IMG/VR virus record: IMGVR_UViG_3300005512_000324
Coordinates: 1-24,224 of that record
Origin: a virus
Taxonomy: Duplodnaviria > Caudoviricetes
Reading direction: 5' to 3' (one strand)
DNA length: 24,224 bases
Below, in pieces: positions 8,333 through 15,155 of this stretch. The first letter of the stretch is position 1, and every line of letters starts with the position of its first letter. Under the pieces are notes generated by a model that ran no database searches, was not told the origin of the DNA, and saw only the letters and a program-made list of their open reading frames with translations. The translations under genes and the position numbers were made by a program.

Positions 8333-8481
8333 TGGCTAAACCTGGACTTTATGCCAACATCCACGCCAAGCGTAAGCGTATTGCTGCTGGCAGTGGTGAA
8401 AAAATGAGGAAGCCTGGCAGTAAGGGTGCGCCCACTGCAAAAAACTTCCGTCGCTCTGCACTTACTGCAAAGAAAAAGTAA
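8332..8481 (+). CDS. 49-aa highly basic phage hypothetical protein
   Basis: MAKPGLYANIHAKRKRIAAGSGEKMRKPGSKGAPTAKNFRRSALTAKKK* with a coupled start. It resembles a small family I recall from aquatic phages. Confidence 0.8.
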   Translation: MAKPGLYANIHAKRKRIAAGSGEKMRKPGSKGAPTAKNFRRSALTAKKK

Positions 8482-8508
8482 ACACATCTGACAACAAATA
8501 CTAATTAC

Positions 8509-8868
8509 ATGTTTAACAAACTCGCCCTTTCCACCCTCGCGGTGACCTCTTTTGCTGCACCTGCTTTTGCTGGTGTTTATGTGAACCTGGAAGCTTCTTC
8601 TAGCTACGCAGGTACTGATTACTCCAAGACTTCTACCGACATGTTTGTGGGTTATGAAGATTCTGTGGGTGCTCTTGATTACTTCATTGAAGGTGGTCCT
8701 AGTGTGACTACTGTTGATGGTGGTGAGTCTGACACTGTTCCCGCCGGTAAGGTTGGCTTTAGTGTCAAAGCAAATGATCACCTCAAAGTTTATGGCGAAC
8801 TGTCCGCCAGCTTTAACGAAGGTACCAATGATTATGGCACCAAAGCTGGTGTGAAATATTCTTTCTAA
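8509..8868 (+). CDS. Small outer-membrane beta-barrel-like protein with Sec signal peptide
   Basis: Signal peptide MFNKLALSTLAVTSFAAPAFA (AxA cleavage site), alternating amphipathic beta-strands, and a C-terminal GVKYSF beta-signal ending in Phe. Confidence 0.8.
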   Translation: MFNKLALSTLAVTSFAAPAFAGVYVNLEASSSYAGTDYSKTSTDMFVGYEDSVGALDYFIEGGPSVTTVDGGESDTVPAGKVGFSVKANDHLKVYGELSASFNEGTNDYGTKAGVKYSF

Positions 8869-8876
8869 GTAACGTA

Positions 8877-8930
8877 CGTTCATCCCAATGGGGACGCATG
8901 CCACCTGATCATGGAACGGGGGTCAGGTAC
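8877..8930 (+). ncRNA. Glutamine-II (Downstream-peptide) riboswitch
   Basis: P1 CGTTC(8877-81)/GAACG(8914-18), P2 TCCC/GGGA, P3 CATG/CATG, and pseudoknot ACCTGA(8903-08)/TCAGGT(8923-28). It lies directly upstream of a YRG-motif peptide, the canonical context. Confidence 0.88.
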
Positions 8931-8944
8931 TTCGGAGTAATTCA

Positions 8945-9049
8945 ATGCCTTCTATTGAACTGCAAGCTCGCGTTAAAGAGCAACAGGCTGCTGCTAAGCA
9001 AGCCAAGCTGAAGTATCGCGGCGTTACTTATCTAAAAACTAAGCACTAA
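8945..9049 (+). CDS. DUF4278-like YRG-motif peptide (34 aa; not in ORF track)
   Basis: MPSIELQARVKEQQAAAKQAKLKYRGVTYLKTKH* with the LxYRGVxY signature; GGAG Shine-Dalgarno at 8934-8937. Confidence 0.85.
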   Translation: MPSIELQARVKEQQAAAKQAKLKYRGVTYLKTKH

Positions 9050-9195
9050 TGTCACATCAATCGGCTGGTCAAAAAGCCACACCTGTACCTTATAGGTTTT
9101 TAAATCAAAAAGGTCCGTCATTCAAACGGTGCGGTAAGTGTGGACCACTCAAGGCTGAATGCCGAGAGAAACAACAATGCATGCTTGCTAAATAA
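9049..9195 (+). CDS. 48-aa Cys-rich small protein (putative Zn-binding; not in ORF track)
   Basis: MSHQSAGQKATPVPYRFLNQKGPSFKRCGKCGPLKAECREKQQCMLAK* has C-x2-C-x6-C-x5-C and is coupled by TAATG to the DUF4278 peptide. Confidence 0.7.
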   Translation: MSHQSAGQKATPVPYRFLNQKGPSFKRCGKCGPLKAECREKQQCMLAK

Positions 9196-9201
9196 ATAGT
9201 T

Positions 9202-9323
9202 GGGAGAGCACCTCAGAGTCGGACTCTCCCTTCATTGGCGTTGGCCCTTACGAGGACACCCTTCGCCGTCTAGACGGTGGGATAGACCACAAAAAATTGG
9301 TAAAAAATTCTGAACGTTCAGAG
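9202..9323 (+). promoter_or_regulatory. Structured non-coding leader upstream of the major capsid gene
   Basis: Stem GGGAGAG/CTCTCCC (9202-9230); stem GGCG/CGCC (9237-9267) enclosing CCT-TACG-AGG; palindromes CCGTCTAGACGG (9266-9277) and TCTGAACGTTCAGA (9309-9322). Confidence 0.6.
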
Positions 9324-9349
9324 GGTAAACAACACATTTATTCTCTCTA

Positions 9350-10501
9350 ATGGCACATCAAAATAGTAATGAGCCGTTGGCCGATCTTACACGGCCAGGA
9401 CAGGCTAACAGTGCGGGTGACGCCCGTGCTTTGTATCTCAAGCTGTTTAGCGGTGAGATGTTCAAAGGGTTCCAAAACAATGCGATCGCCCGCGATCTCG
9501 TTATGCGTCGGACCTTGAAGAATGGCTCCTCTATGCAGTTTATCTTCACCGGTCGGACCACGGCTGAGTATCACACTCCTGGTAACAGCATCCTTGGTAA
9601 CTCCGATGGTGCACCTCCGGTGAACGAGAAGACCATCACCTGCGATGATCTCCTCATCTCCAGTGCATTCGTCTATGAGTTGGACGAGGTACTCTCACAT
9701 TACGACTTGCGCTCGGAAATCTCCCGCAAGATCGGCTATGCACTGGCTGAAAAGTATGACCGTCTGATCTTCCGTGCTGTCACTCGTGCTGCACGTCAGG
9801 CATCTCCTATCACCAAGGCCAGCTTTGTTGAGCCCGGTGGTACTCAGATCCAGGTTGGCGCCGGTTCTGACTTTAACGATTCTTTGGTTGCAGACAATCT
9901 GGTTACCGCGTTCTATGACGCTGCCGCTGCAATGGATGAAAAAGGAGTCAGCTCTGACGGACGTGTGGGTGTTCTCAACCCTCGCCAGTACTATGCGTTG
10001 GTCCGTGAAGTTGGCAACAACGCACTGATTAACCGCGACGAGCAAGGTACTGCTAAGCAGAAGGGTCAAGGCGTTGTAGAGATTGCTGGTATCAAGATCT
10101 ACAAGTCCATGAACATTCCGTTCGCTAGCCGTTACGGTACTAAGTACACGCCTGACTCTGGCAACGACGACACCGTAGACACCAACGTCACTAACCCTGG
10201 CAATGTTGGTTCCTTTGTGTCTCCTGCCATCGAAGATGCCGCTAACGACGTTACCGGTATCCAGAACGAGTACGGTGAAGAGACCGAATTCGCTAACAGC
10301 TGCGGTCTGATCTTCCAGCGCGAAGCTGCTGGTGTTGTGGAAGCCATCGCTCCTCAGGTGCAAGTCACCAGTGGCGACGTTTCCGTCATCTACCAAGGCG
10401 ACGTGATCCTTGGCCGTCTGGCCATGGGTGCTGGTGCTCTGAACCCCGCTGCAGCCGTTGAGCTGTTTGCTGGTACTACCACCAAGCCTTCTTCTTTCTG
10501 A
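9350..10501 (+). CDS. Major capsid protein (T7 gp10-like)
   Basis: Motifs ALYLKLFSGE, RTLKNGSSMQF, EKTITCDDLLIS, HYDLRSEIS..IGYALAEKYD and MGAGALNPAAAVEL. Confidence 0.97.
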   Translation: MAHQNSNEPLADLTRPGQANSAGDARALYLKLFSGEMFKGFQNNAIARDLVMRRTLKNGSSMQFIFTGRTTAEYHTPGNSILGNSDGAPPVNEKTITCDDLLISSAFVYELDEVLSHYDLRSEISRKIGYALAEKYDRLIFRAVTRAARQASPITKASFVEPGGTQIQVGAGSDFNDSLVADNLVTAFYDAAAAMDEKGVSSDGRVGVLNPRQYYALVREVGNNALINRDEQGTAKQKGQGVVEIAGIKIYKSMNIPFASRYGTKYTPDSGNDDTVDTNVTNPGNVGSFVSPAIEDAANDVTGIQNEYGEETEFANSCGLIFQREAAGVVEAIAPQVQVTSGDVSVIYQGDVILGRLAMGAGALNPAAAVELFAGTTTKPSSF

Positions 10502-10517
10502 TATTTGTATCGACCAT

Positions 10518-10544
10518 GGGGACTCTTCGGAGTCCCTTTTTTTT
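10518..10544 (+). terminator. Rho-independent terminator after the capsid gene (T7 T-phi position)
   Basis: GGGACTC-TTCG-GAGTCCC hairpin (cUUCGg tetraloop) followed by 8 T. Confidence 0.93.
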
Positions 10545-10558
10545 ATTCTTAGACAGAT

Positions 10559-11170
10559 ATGCCTTTTCCTACTTATGCTGTGTCCACCGAACTGGATGCT
10601 GTAAATCAAATACTTAGCTCGGTGGGACAGGCACCTGTCACCACACTAAATCTACAAAACCCTGAAGTAGCTATCCCTTTCAATACGTTGAAAGAGGTGA
10701 GCAAAGAAGTGCAACTAGAAGGCTGGTCTTTCAATGTTGAGCGTGATTATGAGTTTCAACCTGACACTAATAATCAAATCAAATTTCCATCTAATGTCCT
10801 TTACTACGACTCAAATGAACACCATCGTGGAGACTACGATTTAGTTCGACGCGACGGTAAACTTTATGATCGACTGCATCATACTTATACCTTTACTAAA
10901 AATGTCAGATTAGACATTACTTGGTACTTTGATTTCCAAGACCTTCCTCCTGCAATCCAAGCTTATATCACTGCACGTGCAGCACGTATTTGTGCAGTCA
11001 AGATGATTGCTGATGCCAACCTTCAAGGCATGCTCGAAGAGCAAGAGCGTATGGCACGAGCATTTGCTATTGAACAAGATTGCAATCAAGCTGATTACTC
11101 AATGTTTGGTTGGAGAGATGGAGAGAATTACTACACCACATATCAACCATTTCACGCACTTCGCCGATGA
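10559..11170 (+). CDS. Tail tubular protein A / adaptor (T7 gp11-like)
   Basis: Motifs TELDAVNQILSSVGQAPV, VQLEGWSFN, RRDGKLYDR..HTYTF and YITARAAR. Confidence 0.93.
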   Translation: MPFPTYAVSTELDAVNQILSSVGQAPVTTLNLQNPEVAIPFNTLKEVSKEVQLEGWSFNVERDYEFQPDTNNQIKFPSNVLYYDSNEHHRGDYDLVRRDGKLYDRLHHTYTFTKNVRLDITWYFDFQDLPPAIQAYITARAARICAVKMIADANLQGMLEEQERMARAFAIEQDCNQADYSMFGWRDGENYYTTYQPFHALRR

Positions 11171-14169
11171 ATATTTCTCAACGCATCCCGAACCTACTGG
11201 CTGGCATTTCACAGCAGCCTGATAATAGAAAGCGTCCGGGTCAAGTTAAGGATGCCAAGAATGTGTTTCCTGACTATGCCTTGGGAATGCTTAAGCGACC
11301 CGGTGGCCAATTTGTAGCTCAACTGTTTGATGCTAATGCTGCATCTACAAATAAATGGTTCTCTATCCTACGTGATGGAACTGAAAAATATGCTGTTCAA
11401 TATGCAGACGATAGGTTTCATGTATGGAGCATCATCGATGGTATGCCACGTGCTGTTGATATGGGTGACGATACTGGTAAGCCTGGCACTTGTAACATTG
11501 CAACACTGACTACTGAGTCAGATGATATCCGTACTGCACTAACTACATTAGAGACAGAGAAAGATGATCTAGAGACTGTAGCTGGTGATTTAAAGCGTAT
11601 CCAAGACGGTCAAAATGCAACGACTGCTAATCGTTTTGAAATAACCAATACATTCGATAATGGTCAAATTATTCCCACTGTTAGGAGTGGAATCACTCTG
11701 GATGAAGATGGTCGTTATACGGTTACCAAAAATGGCATAGTTGAGCAGTCTCTCGTTACTTCTGTTTCCTCTCCTTACTCCATAGGTGGTGAGCGGACAG
11801 ATGAATATCCGCTAGTTGCTAGTCAAGGTTTACGGCTGTTTGAAGCATACGAGGAGATTGCTGCTGCAAACTCTGCAGGTGATCTGACTACAGCACAAAA
11901 TAACTATGAAGATGGTGGTAGTGGTGCACTACCTGACTACAACACTGCTAATACTGCTTTTAACACTGCACTTACAACTGACTGGAAAGCAGCCAATGAC
12001 AACTGTGCTGTTACCAGCCAACCTGCTACTGCATATCTGAATGGCGCAACAGCTAATCAGATTAAAGTTTTAACGTTGAACGATGCGACTTATATCGTAA
12101 ACACTAACAAAACAGTTGCAATGAAAACTGCAGCTGCAGATAAGAGCGCAGTGTCTAGCCCTCGTGCTTGTGTGGTAATTAAAATTGCCTCATTCAGTAC
12201 ACGCTACGAGATCACTGCAACACAAGGCGGGACATCAATTGATGGTGTATTAGATGTTGGGACTACTGTAAGTGGTAATGTTCTCAGTCCTGCTTGGATT
12301 GCTGAGCAATTAGCAGCTGATTTTAATAGTAATGCTGCTGCTAACACAATCAATGCAACCGCTGTTGACAATGTAGTTCTATTTGAGAATGAAGGTACTA
12401 ACTCATCAACAACTTCAATTACTCTTCAGGTACGTGGTGGCTCTGGTACAAATGCAGTATTTGGTTTTAGTGAAACCATTGCCTCACAAGTAGACCTTCC
12501 AGAGTCTTGTGAACATGACTACGTTGTCAAAGTTGTTAATTCATCTGACATCAATATCGATGATATGTATCTACGCTTTGAGGCGGATAACGGTACTAGA
12601 GGTTTTGGTGTTTGGAGTGAAACTGTCGGTCCTGACTTAGAGATTGAGTTTGACCCCCTTACCATGCCTCATGAGTTGGTTCGTAACAGTGATGGGTCAT
12701 TTACCTATCAACCAGTGTCGTGGGATAACAGGCTTGTAGGTGATGACAATACTAATCCTAAGCCTTCATTTGTAGGTAAAAAGATTTCAGGCATTGTTTT
12801 TCACCGCAATAGGCTTGGTCTACTGTCTGACGACAATGTAGTGTTTAGCCGTTCTGGTGATATTACTAACTTCTGGGTAAGCTCTGCTTTGACTGGTATT
12901 GATAGTGACCCTATTGATATCAGCACCTCAGGTAATCAACCTGCGATCCTTACCCATGGTATTCCAACTGCAATTGGACTTGTTTTATACAGTGATACTG
13001 AGCAGTTTTTGCTGTCTACTGATTCAGATACCTTTAGCCCTTCAAGTACGAACATTAAAACGCTTGCTACTTACGACGCTGCATCTGATGTAACTCCTGT
13101 GTCTTTGGGTACTACACAAGGTTTCGTGTCTAAGACACCCTTGTTTAGTAAGTTCTTTGAATTTGTTGATATTAACATTGATCAGCAACCGCTGATGAAT
13201 GATACAACCGTGACTGTCCCCGAACTGCTTCCGCAAAGTATTGATGTTATTGCATCTTCATCTGACTTGTCACTTGTTGCTTTAGGCACTAAAGGAAGCA
13301 GGGATGTGTATATGTTCCGGTTTCTTACTCAAAGTAGAACTGATCGGCAAATTCAAACTTGGTTTAGGTGGCAACTTACAGGCACTCTGCTTGACCACTT
13401 TTTTGATGGTAACACTTACTATGCTGTTACTTCTAATGGTGATGAAGTAGTTGTTCAAAAGTTTGATGTTTCTCAATCTAATGAAAGTGGTTTCTTGTCT
13501 TTGCCTACAGGTGAGCAAACTGATGTGTGTCTTGATATGTTTTATGTCAACCCACACCGTACGTATGATGCAACAAACGACGAAACAACTATTACTCTTC
13601 CATATGATCATGTAGCAGATAATGGTTCATTTACTGTGCTTGCTTTGGGTGGCTATTTGGGAGACACAATTACAGCAGCAACTTCAGAAACAGTGGGTAA
13701 ACTACTCACCCCCACTGTTACTCACACAGCAGCAGAATTCGGTGACACATGCGTAATCGATGGTGATTTCCGTGGATTGAATCTGATTATTGGATATCAA
13801 TTCGACATGCAAATTGATTTGCCTAAGTTGTTTGTGTATGAGGAAGCTCAAGAGGCTGTCAAATACGACAACAATGCAGATTTAATCATTCATAGACTAA
13901 AAGTATCTACTGGTCTGTCTGGTCCTGTTGACTACGACATCAATATCACTGGACTTGAAACATTCAATGAAACAGTAGAAGTTGCACAGCCTTACACATA
14001 CACTCTCAATAGTGTGAACATGCAAGGCAGCTCAACACATGAAGTGCCGATATATCAACGCAATGAAAACCTGAGCTTAAGTATCAAATCAACTGGACCG
14101 TTTCCTGTGTCCCTGTTGGGATACGACTGGGAAGGTAGGTACAACACCAGATTCTATAGGAGGAAATAA
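11167..14169 (+). CDS. Tail tubular protein B / nozzle (T7 gp12-like), about 1000 aa
   Basis: Start ATG11167 (ATGA overlap). N-terminus ISQRIPNLLAGISQQPD...LKRPG, then PLTMPHELVR, GDDNTNPKPSFVG, FHRNRLG, SDPIDI and C-terminal WEGRY. Confidence 0.94.
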   Translation: MNISQRIPNLLAGISQQPDNRKRPGQVKDAKNVFPDYALGMLKRPGGQFVAQLFDANAASTNKWFSILRDGTEKYAVQYADDRFHVWSIIDGMPRAVDMGDDTGKPGTCNIATLTTESDDIRTALTTLETEKDDLETVAGDLKRIQDGQNATTANRFEITNTFDNGQIIPTVRSGITLDEDGRYTVTKNGIVEQSLVTSVSSPYSIGGERTDEYPLVASQGLRLFEAYEEIAAANSAGDLTTAQNNYEDGGSGALPDYNTANTAFNTALTTDWKAANDNCAVTSQPATAYLNGATANQIKVLTLNDATYIVNTNKTVAMKTAAADKSAVSSPRACVVIKIASFSTRYEITATQGGTSIDGVLDVGTTVSGNVLSPAWIAEQLAADFNSNAAANTINATAVDNVVLFENEGTNSSTTSITLQVRGGSGTNAVFGFSETIASQVDLPESCEHDYVVKVVNSSDINIDDMYLRFEADNGTRGFGVWSETVGPDLEIEFDPLTMPHELVRNSDGSFTYQPVSWDNRLVGDDNTNPKPSFVGKKISGIVFHRNRLGLLSDDNVVFSRSGDITNFWVSSALTGIDSDPIDISTSGNQPAILTHGIPTAIGLVLYSDTEQFLLSTDSDTFSPSSTNIKTLATYDAASDVTPVSLGTTQGFVSKTPLFSKFFEFVDINIDQQPLMNDTTVTVPELLPQSIDVIASSSDLSLVALGTKGSRDVYMFRFLTQSRTDRQIQTWFRWQLTGTLLDHFFDGNTYYAVTSNGDEVVVQKFDVSQSNESGFLSLPTGEQTDVCLDMFYVNPHRTYDATNDETTITLPYDHVADNGSFTVLALGGYLGDTITAATSETVGKLLTPTVTHTAAEFGDTCVIDGDFRGLNLIIGYQFDMQIDLPKLFVYEEAQEAVKYDNNADLIIHRLKVSTGLSGPVDYDINITGLETFNETVEVAQPYTYTLNSVNMQGSSTHEVPIYQRNENLSLSIKSTGPFPVSLLGYDWEGRYNTRFYRRK

Positions 14170-15152
14170 TGCCTATTGGGATAATTGCTGGCATTGCTGG
14201 TGCAGGTCTCAGTTACTTTGGGCAAAAAGCATCAGCTGACGCATCCAAAAAACAGGCAAAGTACGCGTGGCAGCAGCAAATAAATCAAGCTCTGCAAAGC
14301 CACCAAGCAGATATGCAGGCTTATCGACACTCACAAAAGGTCGCTGAGCTGCAAAATCAATTTCAAAACGAACAGATACTTCAATCGAATAAGCATACGC
14401 TGCAGATCTTTGGAGCAAGGCTTGATCAATTTTCTGAGCAAGTCAAGTTCAACGAGGAGGCAGCTACCCGTGCTTTTCAAGGTATTCAAGAAAACCGTAA
14501 CCGTGCTCTGACTCAACTTGCTTATGAACGGCAAGACAGAGCAGCTGCACTATTGCAAGCAATGGGCGCTAATGATGCCTCTATAAATCCCAACAATCGA
14601 TCTGCACAACTGCAGGCAGATAAAGCTACATTGGGTAATTACGGGCGTAATGCAGCACGACTTGCTGCTCAAGATGCACAGATCAATTACGACGCATTTG
14701 GACAAGTCCGAGATCTGCAACGTCAATTTGCTTATCAAAATTATCAGGCCGGTATTCCGACTTCTGTAAGTCCACAACTACAAAGTCTGGTACCGATGAT
14801 GCCTGCTCCCCCGCCGCCACAGCTAAATCTGCCAAGTGCGCCAAACTTCTCATCTGGCATGAGCAATGCACTGATGATTGGTAACGCAGCACTGGCTGGC
14901 TTTGGTGCCTATCAGCAGTTTGCTAAGCCAACGATGAAGGCTCCTAGTGGAGGAAGTAAAGGAGGTGGTAATCAATTCGATATGATGAAAGCAAATGTAG
15001 GTAATAAAGGCTTTGCCAGGGTTTATGACCAAAGGGGCTATGGAGTTTCTAGTGGAGGGTTTAATGCCTTCTCAGGTAATAGCCTTGGGTCAAATAATTT
15101 TTCAAACAATAAAGTCGCTGACAAGCTGGGAATTAACTTCAGTCTTTTCTAA
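14169..15152 (+). CDS. Internal virion (ejection) protein, T7 gp14-like
   Basis: Hydrophobic Gly/Ala N-terminus, Q/A-rich helical core and a second hydrophobic segment (ALMIGNAALAGFGAY); position after the nozzle gene. Confidence 0.7.
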   Translation: MPIGIIAGIAGAGLSYFGQKASADASKKQAKYAWQQQINQALQSHQADMQAYRHSQKVAELQNQFQNEQILQSNKHTLQIFGARLDQFSEQVKFNEEAATRAFQGIQENRNRALTQLAYERQDRAAALLQAMGANDASINPNNRSAQLQADKATLGNYGRNAARLAAQDAQINYDAFGQVRDLQRQFAYQNYQAGIPTSVSPQLQSLVPMMPAPPPPQLNLPSAPNFSSGMSNALMIGNAALAGFGAYQQFAKPTMKAPSGGSKGGGNQFDMMKANVGNKGFARVYDQRGYGVSSGGFNAFSGNSLGSNNFSNNKVADKLGINFSLF

Positions 15153-15155
15153 CTA

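Noticed and set aside
8275-8904. 209-aa minus-strand ORF across the accessory island
   Set aside because: It is antisense to three better-supported + strand genes and the riboswitch, with no protein-family signal.
9695-10609. 304-aa minus-strand ORF antisense to the capsid gene
   Set aside because: Shadow frame expected from the codon bias of a highly expressed gene. It has no recognisable motifs, and all real genes here are on the + strand.
10485-10620. T7 gp10B-like -1 frameshift extension of the capsid
   Set aside because: There is no convincing slippery heptamer. The shifted frame runs through the terminator into gp11 and encodes no plausible domain.
11110-11166. Track start of tail tubular B at 11110
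   Set aside because: It lies inside gp11. The conserved N-terminus and ATGA overlap indicate 11167.
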